In this document: one piece after another, positions 1-9,023 of the stretch
Position numbering within the stretch: position 1 is the stretch's first letter
Layout: the number at the start of each line of letters is the position of its first letter
DNA from: Candidatus Poribacteria bacterium
GTDB taxonomy: Bacteria > Poribacteria > WGA-4E > WGA-3G
Assembly (NCBI GenBank): GCA_963663765.2
Contig: CAXXUA010000015.1
Location: 512,303 to 576,302, forward strand
DNA: 64,000 bases
Direction: 5' to 3'
The notes under the pieces: generated by a model
Seen by the model: the letters and a program-made list of their open reading frames with translations, nothing else
Told to the model about the DNA's origin: nothing
Database searches by the model: none
Made by a program: the position numbers and the translations under genes

Positions 1-181
1 CACCTTGTCAATAAAATTTGCTTAGTTTGTTATCTTCCTGCGTTTTTTCACCAATCTTTATATAAAATTCAAATATTTTATGCCGTATGCACCCTTTCGG
101 TCTAAAACTGTGTCTTTAATATATGAAGTGTGACTCTATTTCACAAACATATATTTGAATATTCAACAAACAAAAAATCAA

Positions 182-727
182 ATGAATAATCAACACAAAG
201 TATTTATCAACTTCTGCCATACTGAAGATCGGCACTATCAGGAACGATTTGAAGAATTGTTTTTAGATGTCTACAGCATCATAGTGTCAAGGTCTATCAA
301 AATAGGAGACTTTGATAGTACGACATTCTCAACAGAACGCATTCGTCAGCACATACGGGAAAAATATCTCCGAGATTCCACAGTGACTGTTGTGTTGATC
401 GGTGCTAATACATGGCATCAGAAATCTGTAGACTGGGGGATCAGCTCCAGTATACGTCAAACAGAATACAACACCCGCTCTGGACTTTTAGGGATTTTGC
501 TACCGACATATCCAAGACCCCCCGGTAAACACTACGATCCCCGCACAATCCCGCCAAGACTATACGATAACGTCGCATGTGGATTTTCCAAAATCTACAG
601 TTGGAACGAGGAACCTTATACCGTCCTGTCCTGGATACATTATGCTCACATACGGAGAACAGAGATACTGCCTAACAACTCACGTGCTCCGTTAACAAAT
701 AACTTGTCGGGCGAAAGGTGGAACTAA
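182..727 (+). CDS. TIR-domain protein, Thoeris ThsB/MTH538 (DUF1863)-like, copy 1
   Basis: KVFINFCH...IREKYLRDSTVTVVLIG..TW..KSVDWGISSS..GLLGILLP pattern; in-frame ATG at 182 preferred over TTG at 155. Confidence 0.85.
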   Translation: MNNQHKVFINFCHTEDRHYQERFEELFLDVYSIIVSRSIKIGDFDSTTFSTERIRQHIREKYLRDSTVTVVLIGANTWHQKSVDWGISSSIRQTEYNTRSGLLGILLPTYPRPPGKHYDPRTIPPRLYDNVACGFSKIYSWNEEPYTVLSWIHYAHIRRTEILPNNSRAPLTNNLSGERWN

Positions 728-939
728 ATTGAATGTGCGATACGCGCACGTGTGAACATCTTAACCTTTGACACATTTACAACTGTTTTCACATCTTGCA
801 CCCCTTCCGACATAACACTGTGTCTTTAATTGTGAAAGGTGTCATATATCGCTATTGCGGGAATCTATTTCACATATTTGGTGTTAAACCCTAAATTTAA
901 TTAGGAACTCAAACTTGTACTGATATTGGAGGTAATCAA

Positions 940-1278
940 ATTGCAAAATTAGGAGACGTAATTTTTGTAGGCGCTTCTGGAAAGAAATACAACTTTATAG
1001 TTTATACCACGGATACAAAATTCAACGACGTTGGAGCTGTATATATTTTCACGAAACGTCTTCGGAAGTCCGACGGTAGTTACAAATATACACCTCTGTA
1101 CATTGGTCAAACTAATTCACTTAAAGATAGAATCCCATCACACGAAGAGTGGCCCTGCGTAAGGAGGCACGGAGTCAATTCTATCTGTATACATATTGAT
1201 GAGAGCAAATCCTCTCGTTTAGTGAAAGAGAAAGACTTGATCGATAGAGGAAGTTCACCTCCTCCATGCAACGATTAG
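940..1278 (+). pseudogene. GIY-YIG nuclease copy 1; start codon is ATT instead of ATG, frame otherwise open
   Basis: Aligns codon-for-codon to 8640..8978; GGAGGTAATCAA-ATT-GCA here vs -ATG-ACA in copy 2; TAG at 1276-1278. Confidence 0.8.
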
Positions 1279-1432
1279 TGATAGTCATTCACCATAAACA
1301 GAAAAAGAGTTTTCAAATCGTATATAGTCTATTTTTAGGCTGCTGTTTACCTATGTGCACGTGTGCTGAATGGCATGCGTACGTTCGGAGTTTTAGTTCC
1401 GATCACACTTAGAATCATAAAGGAGAACAACT

Positions 1433-2050
1433 ATGTATATTCTAACTGAAAAAAATGAGATAATTTATACTAAGAATTATTGGATAGGTTTTGAAGGAAA
1501 CAAGCTTAATGCTTATTCAGCTTTTTTAGAGGAAAGAAAGGCTGGTCATAAAATTCTTATCGGCCGCTTTGAGGATGAAACTGAAGCAGAAATGGCACTC
1601 AAAGATATATTTAATGCCATATATCAGGAGAACAAAATTTGGAGTGCAGCAGAGTATAAGGACGAAAAAGATTATACGATTCCAGATGATACGGCTTCAG
1701 ATGATGCGACTTCAGACGATACGCCTATGTCTGACTGGCCTAAATGGGAACAAGATGTAGGAGAAATTATAGTTGAAATATATGAGATTAGAGATCCTTC
1801 AGGTCAAATGTTATTCAAACCAAAAGATCTTACAGATTTCTATCCTCATCTAAGAAGCATGTGGCCAGAAAATAACCATATAGGTGCAACTGTTAGCAAG
1901 AAGTTAGCTGATTTAGTAACTCGTGGAGTACTTGAAAAGCCAACCTATAGCCAGTATCGGATTGTTGAAGGTGAACTTTTATTTCTGCATTTGAAATTAC
2001 GAGTCTCAAATCAAAAAATCGATGAGTTGAAAAAACAACTTGACAATTGA
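1433..2050 (+). CDS. Hypothetical protein with C-terminal DpnI-like (Dam-replacing) winged-helix domain
   Basis: AAGGAG RBS; F.PKDL..F.PHL...WPENNHIGATVSKKL.DL..RG.LE.....YR resembles the DpnI C-terminal wH motif. Confidence 0.6.
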   Translation: MYILTEKNEIIYTKNYWIGFEGNKLNAYSAFLEERKAGHKILIGRFEDETEAEMALKDIFNAIYQENKIWSAAEYKDEKDYTIPDDTASDDATSDDTPMSDWPKWEQDVGEIIVEIYEIRDPSGQMLFKPKDLTDFYPHLRSMWPENNHIGATVSKKLADLVTRGVLEKPTYSQYRIVEGELLFLHLKLRVSNQKIDELKKQLDN

Positions 2051-2227
2051 TAGCAAATACCCATGAATACTCTTTATTTCAACAACAAATGGCCGCACCT
2101 CATGCACACGTGTGCCACTGCAGCACATGTGCGCATGTGATGCGGTACGGAAACCGAATTGGAGGATTGACGCACCCACAAATCTATAGTATACTATCCC
2201 CAACCCCACACGAAAGTAAGCACACAC

Positions 2228-2692
2228 ATGGCAATAAAGAAATCACAACTCTACCCATCATTATGGGAAAGCTGCAACAAACTCCGCGGTGGAATGGATG
2301 CATCGCAATACAAAGACTATATTCTTACGCTCTTATTTATGAAATATGTCTCCGACAAGGTAGAGAGAAATCCTCGCGAGGTAATAATAGTAGCAGAAGG
2401 CGGTAGTTTCTCCGATATTGTGAAATTGAAAGGTGACAAGGAGATTGCTGATAAGATTAACAAAATTATTGATAAATTCGCTGAGGCAAACGAACAGATA
2501 AGTGACTTTAATCAAGCTGATTTCAATGACGATAGTAAACTTGGTAAAGGCAAAGAGATGGTGGATCGCTATACCGGTCTCGTGGAAATCTTCAACAATC
2601 TCGACCTCAGTGCCAATTGCGCTGCAGGAGATGACCTACTCGGTGATGCTTACGAATATCTTATGAGAGAACTCATATTGAGTAAAACATAA
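2228..2692 (+). pseudogene. hsdM: Type I R-M methyltransferase M subunit, N-terminal fragment only
   Basis: MAIKKSQLY.SLW.SC.KLRGGMDASQYKDYIL.LLFMKYVSDK...DLLGDAYEYLMR, then stops before the SAM-binding and NPPF motifs. Confidence 0.9.
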
Positions 2693-2778
2693 AGATGTTG
2701 TAAAATAGGGAAAGAAAAGGGGATACTTTACGTCCCTTTATTGTCACTTCAGATATTCATATTATGAGAGGTGTTATT

Positions 2779-3193
2779 ATGACCGACAAGACACAAAAAC
2801 AACCGAAATACAAAAGTATTCCGAAGCAGGTTCCCCGTTAGGAAATTCAGAACGAAAGCCTTTAGCTCAAGTTTATCTTTGACGTATACCAGCAGCACAG
2901 GTTCTGTGTCCATGACTGCCACTGCCAATGCACCGATTTTCGGTGCGGATCTGTATATATATTTTCTAGATCGCACCTATGATTGGAGGAATGAATATGG
3001 CACGAAAATCGATTGGACTTCTGGGTATAGCAATGCGATGACGTATTCATTACCAGTAAATTATTCATTTCCGGTATCTGCTGCATCTGGGACGTATAAG
3101 TTCACGTTACATGTGTATCCATTTAATAACAGTGGATCGGGTGTTGCGTGGGGTGTTCCGTATGATGTTTTTGAAAATGTTACTGTTGACTGA
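2779..3193 (+). pseudogene. Probable frameshifted hypothetical beta-rich protein
   Basis: GAGG RBS + ATG at 2779 is out of frame with ORF 2879..3193; hairpin + T run follows at about 3217-3254. Confidence 0.35.
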
Positions 3194-3391
3194 AAACTAT
3201 TGCCTTGAAAACTATCAGGCAGGTCTCCTTTTTGGGTATCTGCCTTTTTTCTTTGGAATAAGTCGTTGTGGACTTGAAAAGTTGTCAAAAAGTGCGATAA
3301 CATCCTATTTATAGTGAAATCTAAAAATACTTACACATTTTTATAATATCATCAATAGACAAATCGGGATTGTATTCGCGTTTACGCTTAA

Positions 3392-3777
3392 CGCTCTTCC
3401 GTCAAATCCCCATACTTTAGTTTGTTGATTGTAGACGGAAACCAAAATCGTAATTTGTCAAAACATTCTTGACATTTTCACTAAAACTTGCGATACTCTT
3501 TTTCGCAGTCGGCATGGGTTCTGATTGATAGTGAAACAATCAGGTAAAAGCCTTGCAATTCAATACTGCTAAAGTTTTCAAAAACATCTATTGCACGTTT
3601 AGGATAGACGCATTGAAAACGCTCACCCGTTTGAAAATCACGTGTCAAAAACAAATAGTTGTCTTCGGCAAGTGGTTAGCTTAGCAACCACTGTGGAGAC
3701 GGATTAAGACGTAGCTCTGATCGACACTGTCTATGAAACACAGGTTTCCCCTGCCTTTAGGTAGTGGGTACTATGAC
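3392..3777 (+). mobile_element. Non-autonomous IS200/IS605-type mini-element (no tnpA/tnpB)
   Basis: Left hairpin TTCCGTC-AAATC...GATT.TAGACGGAA; right end CCCCTGCCTTTAGGTAGTGGGTACTATGAC nearly identical to the right end of the tnpB element at 12289. Confidence 0.75.
3469..3497 (+). promoter_or_regulatory. Sigma70-type promoter inside the mini-element
   Basis: TTGACA-17 bp-GATACT. Confidence 0.65.
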
Positions 3778-3797
3778 AATGATATAGACAACACAAG
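3685..3797 (+). ncRNA. Putative orphan omega-RNA (3' part of scaffold plus flanking guide)
   Basis: TGTGGAG..TAAGAC..GAA.CACA.G..CCCCT.CCTTTAGGTAGTGGGT.CTATGAC aligns with the 3' end of the tnpB element; the 5' limit is uncertain. Confidence 0.6.
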
Positions 3798-3876
3798 CGA
3801 ATAACTTGTGCATCCACTGCAAGATATTCTGTCATACCGTTATTGCAAATTGGTATCTATGTGTTGAGCGAACAAT

Positions 3877-4944
3877 TCACTGTTTCAACTTTCCCCAGAG
3901 CGTCGTCACTCGGTTCTTATGTTCAACATCAAACGGTACTTCGCTCGTTGTCCAATCAAATAATGACACGCCCCTTCCTTGCATATCCAAAATTTTTACC
4001 TCAGGCCCACCGTCAAAAGGTATTGCGTAAGTATGATATGAAAAATTTGGCCTGAGAAACGCTCCACCGTAAGCTGTATAAACGATGTGCTCTCCATCGG
4101 GTGACCATTTTAGGTCTAAGAAGTCAAAGTGAGGTGAAAGGTTTCTTATAACCCTCAAAGGACGTATATTACTAACTGAGAAAATACTAATTTCATGTGC
4201 CGGTCCGAAAAACCTATAAGCAAAAGCAAGCTTTTTACCATCCGGTGAAAAGGCAGGCATACTCCCATCTTTGCTTACACGTATAACTTCTCCGGTTTTG
4301 GTCTTGAGAAGAAAAATGCCTTCGGCAGTATCATAAGCGATATGAGCTTTGTCTGACGACAAAACGACGCGGTGTGCCTCAACTTCTTTTATCAATGTTT
4401 CTCTTATAGGCGGCACATCGATTTGTGGTAATTGTGTTATTAATTGTTGTATTTCAGTAAAAATAGAGGTGGTTGGGTTGTCTATTTCATATTTTTGAAA
4501 TAGATAGATCCCGCTCATTGGCGGAGGATTTGTGCGAAGTTTACCATCAAGGTCTCTGGCAAGCAGATAGTTTGTGAAGATGACATCTCCGTGTTGTGAG
4601 ATGTCAACATCAAGAATCTCATTAAATCGCTGATGTGTTAGGAGTTGTCCTTCCTGATGGATATTATCTGTATCTATAAGATAAATATCAAATGTTAAAT
4701 CCTGCTGATCGTATTCGGTCAGAGTAGCGATATAAGGACCATTCTTTTGAACAGAGAACCCGCGAATATTGTATTCGTGTCTAAATAGCAATCGGGCGTT
4801 ACTCACATCTGTCACATCGGTAATCCATAGTTCATTGAGGTTATCAGGATGTCTATAAACAACCTCACCTGTCACTTCGGCATCTATCGTTGCTGGGAGG
4901 AACACACACACACCCAGAAAAAGAATTATGGCAATATATCTCAT
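3877..4944 (-). CDS. Secreted TolB/PD40-like beta-propeller protein
   Basis: Signal peptide MRYIAIILFLG; PAFSPDGKKLAF and LKWSPDGEHIVY repeats; ATGA overlap with upstream paralog; tail VEHKNRVTTLWGKLKQ. Confidence 0.8.
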   Translation of the reverse strand: MRYIAIILFLGVCVFLPATIDAEVTGEVVYRHPDNLNELWITDVTDVSNARLLFRHEYNIRGFSVQKNGPYIATLTEYDQQDLTFDIYLIDTDNIHQEGQLLTHQRFNEILDVDISQHGDVIFTNYLLARDLDGKLRTNPPPMSGIYLFQKYEIDNPTTSIFTEIQQLITQLPQIDVPPIRETLIKEVEAHRVVLSSDKAHIAYDTAEGIFLLKTKTGEVIRVSKDGSMPAFSPDGKKLAFAYRFFGPAHEISIFSVSNIRPLRVIRNLSPHFDFLDLKWSPDGEHIVYTAYGGAFLRPNFSYHTYAIPFDGGPEVKILDMQGRGVSLFDWTTSEVPFDVEHKNRVTTLWGKLKQ

Positions 4945-5909
4945 TTTTTTAGTTTTCCCCATAGTGTCGTTAGTCTATTTATAGGTTCAACAGGATACGT
5001 AGTTGTCTTCCAATAATCAAACATTGGTACACCGTGTTCAAACATATCTAAAATTATTTCGTAGGATCCTCCATCAACAGGAATCGCTATGTTGTTATAG
5101 GCAGTCCCTTTATTGAAGAGTTTCTTGCCGTATGTTGTATAAACGATATGTCTCCCATCGGGTGACCATTTGAGACCGAGGAATGCCGCGTGAGGCACAA
5201 AATCTTTTGTAATCTTCAAAGAACGTAAGGTGTCAATTGAGATAATCTCAAGTTCATGTGTGATCCCTAAAAACCTGTGAATAAGTGCAAGATTTTTACC
5301 ATCCGGAGAGAACGCAGGCATACTCGCACCTTTGTTAACTCGGAAGTCCTCCCCAGTATTGATGTTAAGAAGGAAAATACCTTCTGAAGTATCATAAGAT
5401 ACATAATTACCGTTTGGTGACCAGACAAGATTATTGGCGTTAACTTTTTTTAACTGTTTTATCTGCGGAATTGTCTTTTTTATTTCGCTTCTTGAAATGA
5501 GGTAAATACCGCGCGTACGTGCATCCAGATTTTTACCAGTGAATACAATATCTCCGCGTTGCGAAATACTCACATTTAAAATATCAGAATACCTTAATTG
5601 TGTAAGATTGTGTTCTTCTACAAGAATAGAATTTGTATCAAACAGGTATAATTCAGCTAGCCAAGGTTTGTCTTCACGTGCAGAAACAGTAGCAATATAA
5701 GCACCGTTTTTTTGAACTGAGAGTCCATATATCGCTTGTTTCATTTCAAAAAGTAGACGCGGGTTATTTGTATCATTAAAATCAACGATCCATAATTCGT
5801 TGGTATTGTCTGGATGAACAAAAACTACCTCACCATTAACTTTCGCTTGCGTTGTAAGCGGAAAGAGAACAATCAACCAAAGATATAAAGTTGTGAGTAG
5901 ACATTTCAT
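4941..5909 (-). CDS. Secreted TolB/PD40-like beta-propeller protein (paralog)
   Basis: Signal peptide; WSPNG/FSPDG/WSPDG repeats; tail VEPINRLTTLWGKLKK. Confidence 0.8.
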   Translation of the reverse strand: MKCLLTTLYLWLIVLFPLTTQAKVNGEVVFVHPDNTNELWIVDFNDTNNPRLLFEMKQAIYGLSVQKNGAYIATVSAREDKPWLAELYLFDTNSILVEEHNLTQLRYSDILNVSISQRGDIVFTGKNLDARTRGIYLISRSEIKKTIPQIKQLKKVNANNLVWSPNGNYVSYDTSEGIFLLNINTGEDFRVNKGASMPAFSPDGKNLALIHRFLGITHELEIISIDTLRSLKITKDFVPHAAFLGLKWSPDGRHIVYTTYGKKLFNKGTAYNNIAIPVDGGSYEIILDMFEHGVPMFDYWKTTTYPVEPINRLTTLWGKLKK

Positions 5910-5917
5910 GATTACAC

Positions 5918-6433
5918 CTATTTTTCTAAATGAACTTTCGTTGGGTTTTCCATTTCCATTGGGAATTCACCTAAATCAGTTATCTTGTCGGCTGAAAAAT
6001 CGGACGGTTTAGGTAACGGATAAGGTGGTTTACCAAAACTATAACGAACTTTTATTTCTGGTTGGTCAATACGTTGTAGGAAGTTTAGTTCCTTGTCAAG
6101 TTTATCAAGTTGCGTTTTCAATGTTGCAATATCATCTGTAATAACTTGTATCCGACTCTTTTCAGCATCTGTTAACGGACGCGGGTCTGGGTTGGTCCAA
6201 ACACCTGTCGCTTGATAGGAAAGTTTCGGATTGATTTTCCAAACCTTTCCGCCAATTGTCACCTCTGTGGTCAACTCCTTATTTTCATCATTATGGTCTT
6301 TATTTTCTTCCTGTTGAGTTGGTGTAGATGTGGACGTAGTGTCTCTATTTTGTTCACATCCTATCTGCGATAAGATGACTATTGATAGTGTGAAAAAACA
6401 GATGAAACGAATATTACACATAATATACCTCAT
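5918..6433 (-). CDS. Hypothetical lipoprotein
   Basis: Hydrophobic N-terminus with lipobox-like LSQIG-C, then a Ser/Thr-rich linker. Confidence 0.6.
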   Translation of the reverse strand: MRYIMCNIRFICFFTLSIVILSQIGCEQNRDTTSTSTPTQQEENKDHNDENKELTTEVTIGGKVWKINPKLSYQATGVWTNPDPRPLTDAEKSRIQVITDDIATLKTQLDKLDKELNFLQRIDQPEIKVRYSFGKPPYPLPKPSDFSADKITDLGEFPMEMENPTKVHLEK

Positions 6434-6532
6434 ATCATTTATAATTTGAACTAAAATAGTAACTTACAATCTATGAAACTATGTTGTGGATGGGACAACA
6501 TGCCCCATCCTGTTTACAGCATAACATTAGAA

Positions 6533-7114
6533 TTAAATACCTGATGCATTAATTCTGACATTCACTCGAACACCTTGAATTCCCAATGCTGCAGAAGTAG
6601 ATGCAGATCCATTGCCAGCATCGTCAAAATCAATGGTATGCTGATCCCACGCCATCATCCAATCGGGATCATTTCCTCCTAATGCTGCATCACCAGGACC
6701 ACGAGCATGATTTACTTGTGGTCTACCGGGCAACCGAACCCATGCATTTCCACGACCCTGCTCAGCGTCTACGAGTGTGCTTAACGCTAAAGCCCAATAA
6801 TTAACTTCCCAATTCTCATCCGCATCTTCGGTGATATCCGCACCGCCTGCGACAGCAACGGATCCAAGTGTATTCCCATCATCATCAAGACGATCTACTT
6901 GTAACCAAACTAATGCGTTCTTATTAATCAAATCTACATCCCAACCTTGGACGACATTTTCATAGGGACCCCCTTTTATAAATTCAAGCTCAACGCCCCC
7001 TCCCGGATTGACAATTTCTCCGATGGCATTATTGAGAATGATGTTACCGAAAACGAATGCCCCTACGAACATTAACGCTATGATTATGCTGTTTCTGAAT
7101 TTCCTATTTTGCAT
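6533..7114 (-). CDS. Hypothetical secreted protein
   Basis: AAGGAGA RBS before ATG at 7114; basic then hydrophobic N-terminus. Confidence 0.65.
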   Translation of the reverse strand: MQNRKFRNSIIIALMFVGAFVFGNIILNNAIGEIVNPGGGVELEFIKGGPYENVVQGWDVDLINKNALVWLQVDRLDDDGNTLGSVAVAGGADITEDADENWEVNYWALALSTLVDAEQGRGNAWVRLPGRPQVNHARGPGDAALGGNDPDWMMAWDQHTIDFDDAGNGSASTSAALGIQGVRVNVRINASGI

Positions 7115-7340
7115 GTTAGTTCTCCTTTTGTTATCCAAGTCTCAATTTGCGAAATATAAAGCAAGCAAAGTGTTAACTTTTTATTGCTTATTTTTACAAA
7201 TTGCGACTCAGGTCTACTCATATAAAACAAATATCAGCTTTAAACTATTATTTCAGAACTGAAAGTACCAACTAAAATGAACACTATAAAAACGGTAACC
7301 TTCCAAAACAAATTGATAGTGACATAATAGCATTTTCTCT

Positions 7341-7742
7341 TTTCATAATTAAAGACACAGTTTAATCTCAAAAGGGTGCATAATACGCAAAAAGTTAACA
7401 TTACAAGACTTACGCGTTTCCCCCTTGATAAGGAGTAGAGGGTTAAAAGATATTATTTTGGTGTTTTAAACCCTTTTATCAGTGGGACTTTAAGAATAAA
7501 TGCGTAAACCCCGCATCATTTATAGTAAATTATGGAATTAATTACACGCTTGCACAGGTAGGAGCGACCCGGGGAATGCCATTGGGCGAATGCGCGTATG
7601 GCATTCCCCATGATTCATACCCTTTATTTGGAGGTCGCTCCTACCAAATAAATGAATAGGATACTGTCATGACAGCCAATTTTCACCATATTTTGCGTAT
7701 TATGCACCCTTTTGAGATTAAACTGTGTCTTTAATTATGAAA
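7341..7742. repeat. Perfect 52-bp inverted repeat (7341-7392 / 7691-7742) containing an ECF-like promoter motif
   Basis: TTTTGCGTATTATGCACCCTTTTGAGATTAAACTGTGTCTTTAATTATGAAA and its reverse complement. Confidence 0.9.
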
Positions 7743-7844
7743 TGACTTTATGTCTTGTTATTTAGGAAACACATGTTAACAATCGTCACATACAGGTTGT
7801 TTTTCAATTTATATTTGGATACATTTTTACAAACAAAAAATCAA

Positions 7845-8390
7845 ATGAAGAACCAACACAAAGTATTTATCAACTTCTGCCATACTGAAGATCGGCAGTA
7901 TCAGGAACGATTTGAAGAATTGTTTTTAGATGTCTACGGCATCATAGTGTCAAGGTCTATCAAAATAGGAGACTTTGATAGTACGACATTCTCAACAGAA
8001 CGCATTCGTCAGCACATACGGGATAAATATCTCCGAGATTCCACAGTGACAGTCGTGTTGATCGGTGCTAATACATGGCATCAGAAATCTGTAGACTGGG
8101 GGATCAGCTCCAGTATACGTCAAACAGAATACAACACCCGCTCTGGACTTTTAGGGATTTTGTTACCAACATATCCAAGACCCCCCGGTAAACACTACGA
8201 TCCCCGCACAATCTCGCCAAGACTATACGATAACGTCGCATGTGGATTTTCCAAAATCTACAGTTGGAACGAGGAACCTTATACCGTCCTGTCCTGGATA
8301 CATTATGCTCACATACGGAGAACAGAAATACTGCCTAACAACTCACGTGCTCCGTTAACAAATAACTTGTCGGGCGAAAGGTGGAACTAA
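7845..8390 (+). CDS. TIR-domain protein, ThsB-like, copy 2
   Basis: Near-identical to 182..727; in-frame ATG at 7845. Confidence 0.85.
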   Translation: MKNQHKVFINFCHTEDRQYQERFEELFLDVYGIIVSRSIKIGDFDSTTFSTERIRQHIRDKYLRDSTVTVVLIGANTWHQKSVDWGISSSIRQTEYNTRSGLLGILLPTYPRPPGKHYDPRTISPRLYDNVACGFSKIYSWNEEPYTVLSWIHYAHIRRTEILPNNSRAPLTNNLSGERWN

Positions 8391-8639
8391 ATTGAATGTG
8401 CGATACGCGCACGTGTGTCATCGCAGCACATGTGCGCGTATCACACATGTGAACAACTATAGTTTTTTGACACATTTCCAATTGTTTTCACATCATACAC
8501 CCTTTCCGACATAATACTGTGTCTTTGAATTGTGAAAGGTGTCATATATCGCTATTGCGGGAATCTATTTCACATATTTGGCGTTAAACCCTAAATTTAA
8601 TTAGGAACTCAAACTTGTACTGATATTGGAGGTAATCAA

Positions 8640-8978
8640 ATGACAAAATTAGGAGACGAAATTTTTGTAGGTGCTTCTGGAAAGAAATACAACTTTATAG
8701 TTTATTCCACGGATACAAAATTCAACGACGTTGGAGCTGTATATATTTTCAAGAAACGTTATCGGAAGTCCGACGGTAGTTACAAATATACACCTCTGTA
8801 CATTGGTCAAACTAATTCACTTAAAGATAGAATACCATCACACGAAGAGTGGCCCTGCGTAAGGAGGCACGGAGTCAATTCTATCTGTATACATCTTGAT
8901 GAGAGCAAATCCTCTCGTTTAGTGAAAGAGAAAGACTTGATTGATAGAGGAAGTTCACCTCCTCCATGCAACGATTAG
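8640..8978 (+). CDS. Small stand-alone GIY-YIG nuclease
   Basis: GAVYIF...LYIGQT..L.DR...H...KEKDLI....PPCN (Y, YIG, R, E and N retained); GGAGG RBS. Confidence 0.8.
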   Translation: MTKLGDEIFVGASGKKYNFIVYSTDTKFNDVGAVYIFKKRYRKSDGSYKYTPLYIGQTNSLKDRIPSHEEWPCVRRHGVNSICIHLDESKSSRLVKEKDLIDRGSSPPPCND

Positions 8979-9023
8979 TGATAGTCATTCACCATAAACA
9001 GAAAAAGAGTTTACAAATCGTAT

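Larger units (their letters stand above)
166..1323 (+). repeat. Direct repeat copy 1 (TIR + GIY-YIG block); copy 2 at 7829-9023
   Basis: Near-identical sequence by eye, about 7.7 kb apart; copy 2 is 37 bp longer. Confidence 0.95.

Noticed and set aside
733-2145. Classical integron attC array
   Set aside because: No consistent RYYYAAC/GTTRRRY boxes and no integrase in the window; kept only as an unexplained palindrome family
7373-7400. dif-like site AGGGTGCATAA-TACGCA-AAAAGTTAACA
   Set aside because: The XerD arm matches poorly and the second repeat copy lacks it
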